A stretch of DNA of 59,169 nucleotides, filler included, from Sphacelaria rigidula (Eukaryota), in assembly GCA_964200075.2 (NCBI GenBank). It is 6 parts of 6 records of this genome, joined end to end, with 100 filler letters (N's around TTAATTAATTAA, not from the genome) between each part and the next. Parts side by side here need not be neighbours in the genome. Positions count along the whole stretch, not along the records: positions 19,758 to 29,535 come from CAXNAA020007783.1; positions 29,636 to 39,413 come from CAXNAA020007784.1; 4 more parts are not named here. One strand, given 5' to 3'. Positions within the stretch are counted from its first letter, which is position 1; each line of letters starts with the position of its first letter. A program made the position numbers and the translations under genes. Below, in pieces: positions 24,584 to 36,872 of this stretch. The notes under the pieces were generated by a model. It saw nothing but the letters and a program-made list of their open reading frames with translations, was not told the origin of the DNA and searched no databases.

Positions 24584-25824
24584 TGGTTGGGTACCAATTT
24601 CATGTATGCTGTACTTTGAAGATGCAAGATAAGGTACGGTACGGCTAGATGATTTGGGATACGATCTTTTCGTTTAGGGGACAGCAGATTGGCTGCCGTA
24701 CTCACCGGTTTGCCTTCCCACCTCGATCAGTGTGTGTTCTCTCCCCACTTGTGCTGCTGCGCTGGGTTCAATAATCAAGAAAAAGCTACGCTACTTTGCT
24801 TGAGTGACGACCGACTCGTTAGCAGGTGCTGCGTGAGTCTATCTTTATACGTGTTGGTCAAACAGACGGTCCTGTTTGGACCAAGGGTGCCCAAGACGTC
24901 GATCACGCTAGCGACCATTGATATAGCTGGGCTAGAGCGTAGGAAGATTTTACTATGAATAGTGAAGGTGTTGGATCTCAAGCAGAGCTGGGTTTGGGTG
25001 CGGGGCACGAATCTTGTACCCGTTCTGTATTAGTATAGTAATACCAGAGCAGTATATTAATAACAGGTTTCTGCAATGGCAGGCGCGACCGTTTCCAGGC
25101 TTGTCGGGTACACAGTAGGACAATAGGAGGCTACATCGATGGAACATCGGTTTCGGGGGAAACACCACTCGGTGGGTGGGCCAGTGTGTGATCTGGTCTC
25201 CCAGAAGGAGGAGCAGCTGTGGCTACGAGCGTGGGTGGATCAGGTGCTGTAGCCCCAGGCGATAATATAGGCTTGATGACCGGACTAGGTTGCCCTAGTG
25301 CAGATACCAGTACTGAGAGTGGACAGATACGAGTGGGTTTGCAAGGTTCATCTACGTTGGCTGTTGTAGAAAGCAGGACCCTGGAGGCTAAGCACAAGGG
25401 TGACGCATGGGTTTCATCTGAAAGGGAGATATAACAACATATATTTTGTTCAGGAAGCGAACAGCTCACTCATTGAATCAGTGGGCGAGATATGCTACAG
25501 CGTGATTGATGGCTTGGGCACCTTTGGTCCAAACAGGTCCATCTGTTTGACCAACACGCATAAAGGGAGACTCGCGCAGGCACATACTGCCTGGTCGGTA
25601 GACTAGTCATTCAAGCAAAGTAGGCACATTTCCCTTGATTATTAAACCCAGTGCAGCAACACAAGTGGAGAGGGAACACACACTGATCAAGATGGGGAGG
25701 CAAATGGGTGGGTGCGGCCAAACTGGTGTCCCCTAAACAAGATCATCTCCCAAATCATCCAGCCGTACCGTACCCTATCTTGCAATCTGCAAAGTACAGC
25801 ATATCTGAAACGGGTACACAACTA
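24584..25824. mobile_element. Long-inverted-repeat (foldback-like) non-coding element
   Basis: About 325-nt arms 24584-24910 and 25499-25824 are diverged reverse complements (e.g. GTGTTGGTCAAACAGA / TCTGTTTGACCAACAC), separated by about 590 nt. Confidence 0.8.
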
Positions 25825-26176
25825 TCAATTTCCTCACTCCTTTTCTGCAATATCGAAACAATATCTTATATCCGAACGTGTTCGCGACAAGTGAAATTAC
25901 ACATGATCAACAACCTTCCTAGTTTCGCGCATAGGGAACTCAAACGCCCACAGAAGTATGCATCATCATCAACGTTGTGTTTCACAAAGATCATAAACCT
26001 TAACTTTAAACCTAACCCTAACCCTAACCCTAGTTCGGACTCGGGTATGACACGGATCTCACGAGGATGCACTTCGCCCCCAAATGGAACAGACTAAGCT
26101 GATCCTCGCGGCGGCATATCATTCGATCATACCATGATGTAAAAAACAGGGTCTGAGAATCTTACGATAGCCAAAA

Positions 26177-29100
26177 TCACTTGATGTTCATCAACGCGTT
26201 CCTGTGGTATCGAAAACTGTCCGCAGGCGAAGGCTTTGTCAGCACGTTAGCATGCTGTTCAGCTGACGAAACGTACTCCACACGAATGACGTGCTCGGAC
26301 ACCAACTCCCTCAAGGATGGTGCCATGTATTTATGTGATTGCTTTCGTGGGAGGTTCGCGGATTATTAGCGAACTGAATGGCTCCCTGGTTATTCTCATA
26401 GAGCTACACTGTCACCGGGATGTATAACACCTCCTGCGGCGGTCGCATGAAGTGGAGCACCGTCTTCCGAAAAGTGCATCCTTCACCACATCTCTCATGG
26501 CTACGTACGCGCCCTGCGTAATAGAAAGCGTTACGTTCTTCTGAGTCCTGGAAAAAAAATCTGATAACAGCTAGACAAAAAAATTCCGTACTGCACCTCC
26601 CGACACAGAACGTCGATCGTCGAATTTCGCGTAATCTGCATCGGCATACGCCAACAACACCTCGCTCGAAACCCTGACATACGTCATGCCCATTTCTAAA
26701 GTACTGTTGAGGTGCTCGAATATCCGCAACACTTTTCGCTAGTCCTCAGGAGTCGGGTTCTCGTTGTGCCTCACCGGCGATGGTCAGACGAGTGTTCGAG
26801 AGTCACATCAACGATCCCACCCCTTCTCGGTATCTTCCTTTGAGGTCCTCTCCTTCTTCAACCTTGCTGAAGGTCGGGAATACACGGCTCGTGACGTTTC
26901 TGCTGCAAAAGTCGTGTGTGCTGCCTAGTACGTCCCAGGGTCGACTCAACCGGATCCGGTTGCTTCGCGGTGTCCGCGCTGCCGACGGATGACGTTCCTG
27001 ACGACTGGTGGGTGGATGTGGATGATGACGATATAGTCAGAATCAGACGACACAGGCGATGCTGGCGACTGTCCTGCGGTGATGCCGTCGCCGTCGCCGG
27101 GCATAGGTTTTGGCCCTCCATCTCCATCAAGATCATCCTTCTCCGTCACTGTTCCGCCCGGAAATTTCCCCCCCTCATGGAGGTCCGACTCATCAGAATC
27201 AGAGTCCTCGACATCGCCCTCCCTGCTCTCTGTATACCTTGAGAATTCCCCTCTCCACATGGAGAACGGAACCGCTGGTGTTCTTGTGTTGGTACACATA
27301 GGCATAGGCTTTCACAGCCCCTTGGCCATTGAGCACCCCCTGTAGTCCATCAGAACCCCCATCAAAGTCACCCCCTACTGTTTCGCGGTCTCCCGCAACA
27401 AACTCTCGTGCAGGTGGCCATGGGACTGGTGGAAAAGATTGATGTTCACCTGGTCGGGGTTGATGAGCATCTTGCCAGGAGCAGAACAGCACTGGCGGAT
27501 TCTGCGGGGTTGGACTGTACAACGATTGATGAATCAGATGCACTGGAGCCACGTGCGTCACGACCACAGCATCAAATCTCCCAGCTTTCCTATGAAATAT
27601 ATCCTCGCCACGGGGCAATAAATGGCGGTCCCCTCCCTGCTGAGTCGAACCGGGTAGTCACGCTCAATCACTACACTCTGCGAGGAAACTAGATTCGCGT
27701 CTAGATCGGGTACATGCGCAATTCTACTAATAGTAAAAGTCAGTTGCCCGTCAGGTCCAGCCGTCGATACCAGTAATTTCCCGTAGCCTAGCATGGGTAC
27801 CTGATGACTGTTGGCGACTGCGGCAGATGAATTTATGCAAGTTTCGTACTCGCGCATGAGCCCTTCGGGAACTCTCCCCTTCCATCCCCGCCTCAGACGC
27901 CTCATTATTTCAAGCCCTGGCACAGAAGAAAGATGGCAACGGAAGAGACCGGCGGCAACTATTTCAACGGCGGAAGGCCACAGAGGGATCCGCCAGCATA
28001 CGTCATGCGTGCACCAAAAATGTCACCGCGGTGCGGTCGGATTAGTATTGTCCAGTGAGGAGACGCAACGAGTCAAGTGACAGCCGAAATTTGCACCTGC
28101 GTGTCTGAAGTATATACAAACAAAAATCGGCACCACCTATCTATATTCTATATCCTGAGTCCCGTGCTGCACTTGGGCACATTTTACACGCGTCTGAAAA
28201 AAACGCCTCGGGCTAACAGTTTTGCGTGAAAGCTGTAAAAGCTCAACCTTCGTGTCGTTCGAAAACAGCACCTCGAAATCCACACTTTTCCATCGCCAAT
28301 TCCAAAAGGGTTAAATCGCTCGAGGAAGTAACACAGCACGTTGCTGCACTATCGACTATCCAGACTTCCCTCCCCCCAATCGTTCACCTCAGGGCAATCA
28401 TCCCAACCCATCGACACTGCCGACGTGAACTCGCCGTCTTTGCATTCTTTCGCCATGAACCCACCGTCAACGGAATCCCGAAATCCGTCAGGCGAAATCA
28501 TTGCAGAAGTACTATGTATACTATTCCCGTGATCCTTCACCACCACGTACCTCACAAATACGCTCGGGGCATCTACTTCGGCAACACCCAGGTTTACCGC
28601 CCCCTAAATATGTCACATTCGTCTTTCTTCTTCTCTCCGGACTCTTGTGTACCAGGCAAATCGTTACCCGTAGACATACCATCAATGTTTTTTTTTTCAT
28701 ATTTTGTTTCTGTCGCGGGTTTCTGCGACTTACTTTAACCTCCCTTACCGTTACCCGCGGGGCTGCACCCTTATTTCCCGCGAAGAGAGCACGGTTGTGA
28801 TCCGTGCGCTTTGAACGGCCAGCATTCTTCAGTGATGAATACTTGTCCCTATTTTGGCCCGCCCGTCTTGTCGGGCAACAAAACGAGCGCCATTCGTAGA
28901 TTATCTCTTACAGTTTTGTATTCTGCGGGGAGATATGAAAGAAACGCATCCACAACTTTTTCATTGGCGATCTCCGTATCAAGTGAACGATGTTTTGTCT
29001 GTGTCTTCTGGTTTTAACCCTCACAGTATCCAAAGCTGTTAAACTCGGCCAAAACATCAAAACTTGGCTCCCGAGGTTGTCGGAGAGAAATGCTCGTCCA

Positions 29101-29200
29101 GTGCATGATGGTCCGACTGTCGTCATTAGGGTGAAGAAAACAAGGGTTCGATTCGCGATGCGTTGGTTTTTTTCTTCGTAGTATCTGATTTCCACCGTGG
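26177..29200 (-). mobile_element. Decayed Ty1/copia LTR-retrotransposon gag-pol remnant
   Basis: Minus-strand motifs in copia order: gag VVDAFLSYLPAEYKTVRDNL; protease WIVDSAAT (about 28340-28365); GYGKL...IAHVPDLDANLVS; pre-integrase NLFHQSHGHLHESLLRETAK...GCSMAKG; RT tail; RNase H AYADADYA..DDRRSVSG, SRTQKNVTLS, YENNQGAI, EQHANVLTKP ending at stop 26177. Many stops and frameshifts. Integrase core and most of RT are absent. LTRs not identified. Confidence 0.92.
27861..28310. mobile_element. piggyBac-like insertion nested in the copia protease region
   Basis: Termini CCCTTCGGGAA / TTCCAAAAGGG, with TTAA at 28311-28314 and a degenerate copy at 27857-27860. Removing it restores ...VTSSSDL-MREYE. 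Confidence 0.7.
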
Positions 29201-29535
29201 AAAGCGTGAGAACGTGAGAAAACGAAGTAGTCGACTAAGTTTATTTGACGTGAGTTGACGTGGTGCGGGAGTGCTGATAGTCATGACCCAATCCGCGACA
29301 CCAAAACGCGAGGCGTTTACCGGGGAGAGATGGGTTGATCCCTTGAGACCACCAACTCATTCCGAGGAAGGGGAGGGATTCAAAGTGCAACAAATAAAAG
29401 TATATAAATAGTGCACGCCATGCCACAGCCGGTGACCTTGATCTGAGATAATATACCTCCCTACACCACCATTTGTGGGAGATATCCTTTGCAGTGACAT
29501 ATCAGAGACTGATGTCACACATGTATACAGACCCA

Positions 29536-29635
29536 NNNNNNNNNNNNNNNNNNNNNNNNNNNNNNNNNNNNNNNNNNNNTTAATTAATTAANNNNNNNNN
29601 NNNNNNNNNNNNNNNNNNNNNNNNNNNNNNNNNNN
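29536..29635. other. Artificial contig-joining linker
   Basis: N44-TTAATTAATTAA-N44. Confidence 0.97.
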
Positions 29636-30037
29636 AGGGCTTCTCATAATGAGGCGTCTGGCCCGGGGACGGGGGGGGAGGGTACCCAAAGGGTTAACGG
29701 GGCCCGGGTTATACATATGCGGGTCGGGTCAATTGAGGTGGCGATCATATATATTGATCAGCAGGTATCCTTGGAACGGGCCTACTTCATTTACCGCGCT
29801 TCAGAAGAACCCTAACCGCAGGAAAATGATTGCGGGGAGAGGACTCCACGGGTAGCACACAAAGTATAGTTCCCAGTTAGGTCGGCACATCAAGCACAGT
29901 AGCGTCGCAGGCTGAGGGACTGACCGGCCGTAAGTGGCGAGTTTTCAGTACCGTACTGCAGGAACAGAGCAAAGATTCTATTTCGCGGCAGAACCCTCGG
30001 CCCTCAAAGCACGTGCGCAGAAAAAGTGCGAGCTCAC

Positions 30038-30571
30038 CAACGAATATGGTCCTCTTTTCTTTCCTCTCCGAGCAGTAGATTCGCTTTTGGAGCTCCTCTA
30101 CAAGAGATTGGGTGGACGCCTGTTCCGTGGGCGTAGCAACAAAGTCGCGCAATGTCGAGGTTGTGGTGAAGGAGCATGGGGAGCGACCACAGCCGATCAC
30201 AAAGACTGCGACGGCGCAACACCGAGACCATTTTACCCGCGGTCACCATGCATGCGATGCATATGCTGGCACTGCTTCCTTTTCAAACTGCATACAACGC
30301 GTGGCAAACGTAGCTACCACGCACATCCCATCCTACACAAATCTTGAATGGAGGGCTCAGTCAACTCGTATGGTGACGAGGAGGGTGTGGTAATAACGGC
30401 CGCACGATATGTGAGGCACTTACTGTGCCGTGTCGAACATTATCGAACACATGACCTCTGCCTACGAAGTTCCAATCACTATAAGAGAAGGAGCAAATGT
30501 GCACACTTGCATTGATCGGTGCACAACTTCACGCACAAAAAGACACTCACCTTGGCGAGACTAACCGACAT
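30038..30571 (-). CDS. ADK: Adenylate kinase, first two exons (3'-partial)
   Basis: Exons 30571-30551 (MSVSLAK|GTGAGT) and 30119-30038 give MSVSLAKASTQSLVEELQKRIYCSERKEKRTIFVG. This matches the plant/algal ADK N-terminus pattern (L..EL.RR..C..K..KR.I.IG) that leads into the GPPGxGKGT P-loop. The P-loop exon is not in this contig. Confidence 0.75.
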
Positions 30572-30830
30572 GGCAACTATTGCTTGATGGGATACGACAG
30601 TCAACCGACAGCGTCCAGCAGGCTAGCTCCACACACCCACACCTGCTTCGATACGGTACGGTTGTCTGCCCATGTCCGAAAACTCCAAGGCATTTGGCAT
30701 CTTCCACACAACCCCCTACCCCCCTTGCCAACGGAGGCGTTATCTCCATTCACGAACCCGCTTACTTGCGTTGCTGGTTGAACAGGGCAAACACATTCTA
30801 CTTCCGACACGAGTCATCGAGAGCACCAGT

Positions 30831-33800
30831 ATGACGATCAAGCAGCTCATGGCGGTTATTCCAGTAGTCATCGTATGCCTGCTTTCCAGCGCTTCGGCGT
30901 TCGTTACATCCCTCTCGCCCGTCGCGGCGGGTTTCCGAGGCCCGGCGTCCGTCAGCTCTCGCACAACCTCAGGTATCGAAGCTGCTGCTGAACATGTTGC
31001 GTGTGTGCATGCTACGGCATGAGTAGGGGCGGCAGGACGTTTAGAGTAAGATGAGATGTACGACGGGGCTAGGGTATGCCGTATATCTCGTCTGTGCGTG
31101 GATGTTGTGCTGCTGTTGATGTGCGCTGTCGTTGTGAACGTTTGTATTTTGATTTGCCTGTTGACACGCGGATGCTTGCATACCGCATAGACGAAACAAC
31201 TGAAAAACTGACTGAGGGGCAAACATGCTCACTGCTCTTATGCAATTCAGTATTTTGGTACTGTACGAGGACTGCGCTGTAAAGTTATATTCGTAACATT
31301 TACCACTCGACGGTAGCTGCGTCGCGTGCGTTTCGCCGACAACTGGTCATCCCCCCTCTCCCATTGTGTACGGCTTTGCTTTTCATTGAAATGCTGTTGA
31401 AGTTTGCCGTATATCACTGCTGGAACTGTATCACTTCAGCTTTATACTATGCTTGACATGTTGGATTACAGTTGATCAGTGCGCGATACGCGTGTTCCTG
31501 CTGTCTCCCGTGCTTATGACCGTCTGCCACGATACGGTACCGGTTACCCTGCTGTTCAGGGGCCAAGGGCATGCTCATGGGGTGCAGGGTAAACGCCAAA
31601 AAAGAAAAGGTGCGTACAATTTTTATCGGCTAGTGTTCACTACTCTGCAACAGCAAGTGACGGTATTCGGCGGTAGACTAACCATGACAGCCAGGAGGAT
31701 ATCTTGAGGGGGAGAGAGTTGTGTGACCACGAAAAGACGAAACGTGGGGTCGGGACCGCTACAGAGCAGTACTAGGATGATACAGTAGTTCATCATGAGT
31801 GAGCTCAGGCCGATTTTTGTTGCATGAAGAAACCTTGACCTTCTGCAAGAAATGCCTATTTCGGCGAGTCAGCGCCGATTTTCGCCGGAATTGGCGGCCT
31901 AGCAGATCGTGCCACTTCGCAAATAATAACGCTCTCCGAAGAGATTCTAGGATACTTGAAACTTTTTTCATTTTCGGGAGCTGTGATCACTGGATTCAGT
32001 AGGTTGCTACACCACACACCGGAATAAGGTATACTCCTATGGTGGGAAGACACGAATAGTTCGTGTTACAGAGCATTTTTCTGTTCAGAGTGCCTCGAAA
32101 GCTGGAAAACCCATCCTTGATATTGGGCCAATTACGGCTAGCCTGTAAGGTATTGCGCCGAATTGGGTACCTTGTCGGGAATGTTGGTGTGTTTGCCGAA
32201 GGTAACTGGTGGTGGAACACCCCAACAATATTCCTCAGAAATCATATGCCCCTTACCAGGAATAGGGCACCGGACCGTTCGTCGCGGCAGCACTGTCTGT
32301 GAGTACATGGCGCGCCGAAAAGTTGCCAGTCGACCAGCCCTTGGACAGCTCGAAATAAGAGGACCGTTCCTGTAATCTCAGCAGTGCACAATATGCGTCA
32401 CAATTCCGATTTTCTCTCGCGTGGATATAGTCATCGGTGCAGGGTGGTGTGTCGTTTGTCTTTTACGGTAATTCGAGATGATGAGGCCGTGGATCTAAGC
32501 GGCGATATCAAAGTAGGGAGAATGGGCGCATTTCGATAATCAAAAGTGCATCCTCTCTTGGAAATCCTGGCCACCCGTTAGCTACAAGCGAAACAGACGG
32601 AAATAAGTCAGATAATTTTTCGTCCCCATGAGGAGTTGTCTGAGCTGCTCACCACGCCGCACGCTGCTTCTCTCGAATCGGTGTATAACCTTTTAAAATG
32701 GTGGACTGCTGGCTGAGATTCGGTGCTCAAGCTCCGCTCTACCATTTCTGGCATTCAGTGCACTGTGTGCACGAGCAAACGTCGAGGTCCCCTCTGTCCG
32801 GTCGTATGGTGTTGGCCCAACCATGAAAAGGCAACCCGAAGATTCTAACTTCGGTCTATTCCGATCATTCAATCCATCAGGCACGAAGCTGCGCAAGAGT
32901 CCGACAAATGACGGCTTATCTGAAACTTGCTTTAAGAGAGTGTATTTGATTCGTGTCCCATGAATCTATCCCCGGGGTTCGTTTTCAGCGTTTCACGCCA
33001 GGTACGCACCCAGGCACATGGAATATCGCATTAAAGGCATCAAGACTTTTTTGAGCCAAAATCACATTTTTCCCTCTTTCGAGCAATCACGCCTAAGAAG
33101 TCGTAGATTTGGTGAATCGAACTAGGGATGATTCGTCCGACCCTTGAAACTTGTGCTCATGAATTCTATCCGAAGTAGGAGGCGGTATCGGCTCATGGAG
33201 ATGGGCTTATTACACGGAACCAAGAAGTCCAGCCCAACTTGTTCGGCCCGTCTTAACACAACACACCATGTAAAAATGCGATTGCCCACCCCCACCCCCC
33301 TTTGTTCGGCGTGTTCTATCCCCCTTTTTCTCTTGGGAGTTGCGCGAGTGGTTCTCTTGGGGCTTGATGGGTTGACCAGCATATTAATGCCACGTACCGC
33401 TTGTGCCACAAATAACCGGAGCTGCGTATCCATTTTGACCGTCACGTTGCGGTTATATCTGTGATACGGTGCCATGAGATGCCGTGACCACGCAAGAAAC
33501 TGACCCCTGGTTGTTTCGTGATTGCACCCTTCGTCTTGTGTTCCGTTGTGTCTGTCGCCCCTGCATCCCCCCAATGTTCTGTCACGACTATGTCTTTCAC
33601 GATTCCTTCTGTTTCCGGGAGCAGAGGCAGCGTAACCGCGACAACATGCGCAAGTTCAACAAGAGGGTAAGGGGGGATCCAGTCCCTGCTTAGCTCGTTT
33701 GCATGTAGTTGGCCAGTTTACATTTTCCCACGGTGGAGTGATGAAGAAACTCTTGGTAGTCGGGGGCAAACGTAAGTAAATAGCAATGATGGGTATTTTT

Positions 33801-34348
33801 GGTCGTGTTCGGCACTTTGATGAGAGTGCGGGTCAAACTATCGGAGCATTCATGGGACGACGTTGAAGGCGTGCGTCTTCCTGCCCCAGCGGGGACTTTC
33901 AAAAGAAGATGCAACAGGATGTCGGCTCACATGCCGGGTCTGTATCGCATTTCCCCGTTATTCATCTCGGCTCTGGAAACGGAAACCCGATACTGTAATA
34001 CGTGAGCACTATCAGATTGAAACCCACCTCTTCCCCACGTATTTCAAGTCTACCTCGAGCATCCATCCCGGTTACTGTTGCCTGAGAGCTGCTGTGGGTA
34101 TGTGCCTTGTGACGCTGTGACACTGGCTATTCTTGCCAATCTCATGGTTTTTCAATCTCGATTCGACATCCCGGATCGTTATCACCGCGTCGTCTGATTT
34201 GCTGCCTGCTGTACAGGGTGTGTCGCGAAAGAAAGTGATGCGCGTGGAGCGCCAGCAAAAAGCTGCCGAGGCAGAGGCAGAGTATGTGGCTCAGATTTTC
34301 CACAGCGGGATGGATGACTGGGTGCAGGAGGACATCTTGAACGAGTAA
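30831..34348 (+). CDS. 121-aa plastid-targeted small basic protein of unknown function (complete)
   Basis: Exons 30831-30972, 31560-31609, 33625-33666, 34217-34348 (366 nt, all GT-AG and in phase): MTIKQLMAVIPVVIVCLLSSASA-FVTSLSP...RTTSGAKGMLMGCRVNAKKEKRQRNRDNMRKFNKRGVSRKKVMRVERQQKAAEAEAEYVAQIFHSGMDDWVQEDILNE*. Signal peptide, ASA-F motif and Ser/Arg-rich transit peptide. Confidence 0.85.
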
Positions 34349-36872
34349 ACATTGCCAGAAGCTTGAGATAGATTGATGAACCCTGCAAAGCTGAGAAAAA
34401 ACTTGTTTAATTTTTGTTGTGACGGGCAACGATTGTGTTGTGGTCAGGGCGAACCGTTCGCGGGGAATGGCTAGGATTGTCTTCGAAGATATGGGTCGAG
34501 GGCACCCTGAGCCTAGCGCTCCGTAGTGTAAACGGTGGGGTGGTAGGTTGGGGCCCGTTTTACCAGCTCGAGTTGGGGTGGTGATCGTTGAGTGTCCCAT
34601 GGTTTGTTCATTGACAGCCCCCCCGCCCATCGATTGGGATTTCGTCAAAATCCGTTGACTTTAACGGATGGACTTGTGGTACTTTGAGAAAATGTTCCCC
34701 CCCTAGACGGCGAGTGTGACCCTGGCTTTTTTTCGCCATGTCAACTCCGCCCTCACTATCCCGTAAAGGGGCACCCTCGTTGGATTCTCGTTGGAGAGAT
34801 CTGTTTTCAAGTTGTTGGGTGTCGGAAGAACTGAGGGTACTTGACAGCAGCAGTCAGCTGCGGGGTCCTTTCGAGAGCCGAAAATAGGTCGAGTCACATA
34901 TCGTCTGGCATGAGCGTCTTACTTTAGCGCCACGTTTGTTCCTTGTTTCGTGCCCGTATCCGAAGAAGAGGTGGCATCCTGAGATGGCGTTGGTTTCCAC
35001 GTGTCTGATTTCTTTTGTACGATTCAATTTGTCACGTAGTTGTTCAGAATTGATCAAGGACACGGTTTGAATGGCATTGCCTTGTGTGAGTGGGGTGATG
35101 ACCATACGTGCATCGCCGTTCTCACGACTGTACGAGCTGACCGGTCCTAGGGGGTCTCTCGAGTGCAATCATAGGTTTTGGATCCATTATTCTCTTTGAA
35201 TGGACCCAATCCCGATCGCTCTCGAAAAAAATGTACAACAAAACACTTTTCCTGGATATCTGATACGGGTTTTCACAAACTGAGCATTATTTTTATCTAG
35301 GATGATCATTGAGAACCTCTCAAGATAGTCATGAGAATTCAAATATTCTCGGGATGAAAATGCGGGTGTACTTTCCGACCATGATGTAAGGAATCGCTCA
35401 TCTTCAAAAGAGTCCAGCCGCAGTTTTATTAAATCCCATGTCTGTGCCGAACAACTCGACCTCCCTTCATTCCCGTTCAAATACTGTTCTTGTTTGTCTG
35501 CATCCCCTGTTGAAGGGACTTACATATTGCGGATCTATTATTTTTAGTATGAGCAAGGCCACACACCACGGCCGGGGAGTGAGTGCATTTGCGTTCATTT
35601 TCCGAAATATTCGACGCCTATGAAAATTTCCAGGGCTCAACCAGGAGTGCCAACAATACACTCCGAGACCTTATGTACCCTCCCCTCCTTCCCTCCGGCG
35701 GTCGCAGGAGTTCTTTACACACCATGAATCACCTGATGGACGGGGTCTTCACCGCGTGTCTGCCCGATAGTAAGAGAATTAACTTGGGAATTGGGAATCC
35801 TGTCCCGAGCACGATCTGCCTCTTCCCCCAATATCTTCGGACTGTGGGCGCTTCCGAATGCTGTTAAAAGAACAGCATGTGAAAACATTCCAAAAATACC
35901 CGACGACGAAGATTTAGGGGGCTGCTACCCAAGATTTTCGATAAAAAAAACACAGAATCCGCGAAATCAAATTGCAAGGATTGTATCGGGCAGGCAGAAC
36001 AAGGTCTTGAGACCAGCACGGATCCATCCCGAGGAAGAGCAGGGGTAATTCAAAACGCAACGGGGGGAAAAAAAGCGCCGACTTTCATATCTGTTGAAGC
36101 GGCATTATCTATTTTCACTTGAAAAATGGATGTAGCAATTCAACGAAGTTGACCTCCGTTGGTTTTCAATGAACCGGGTTAACCCTTTTGACCCCGCGGC
36201 AAAACTCATCTGTTGGACCGGCACAGATTTCATCTGAGATGAACTCCCATCGCGGTCGAACGGTCAACTCCTATTCGTTGGTTGAAGCTTGGACGATGAA
36301 TTAGTCCGTTAGCTGCAACTAAAGCCTAGCTCCCGACCGCAACGAATGTTCATCACTTCTTAGCGCACAGTAGTAGACCATCACTTCACGACTCGTATTA
36401 CTTCAATATTGTCGACGACATCGTGATCATACAACAAAACTACGAATAGTTGCATATACGTGAATGGATCCACACGTGCGCGACTTTTGCGCGCCCTTGA
36501 TCGTATACTGTGATGGAAACTACCAAGTGAAGAACAAACCGCTCCCAGCTTGTTGTCTTTCATCTCTTCCACAATAACGGGGCTCTTTGGGTCCCTGACA
36601 AGTGGGTTAGTTAATGTCACACCCATTGCCCTGAGACTGGTGGGAGGGGCTCAAAAAGGATTCCGAAGCCATTTCTCATTTTTCCCGAAGTGGTGGAAGA
36701 GACCGACCAACCACATCGCTCGATAAAACTCCATTTTTTTTCTTCACCTCCAACAACATCCGTTCCGAGAATCATCTCCCAGGATTATCCGCGCCTGCCA
36801 AGCTGGATCACACTTTTCGTCCGCTTCTAGGAGTTCACTACACAACCTACAGGTCGATTTTCAAAGCACGCG

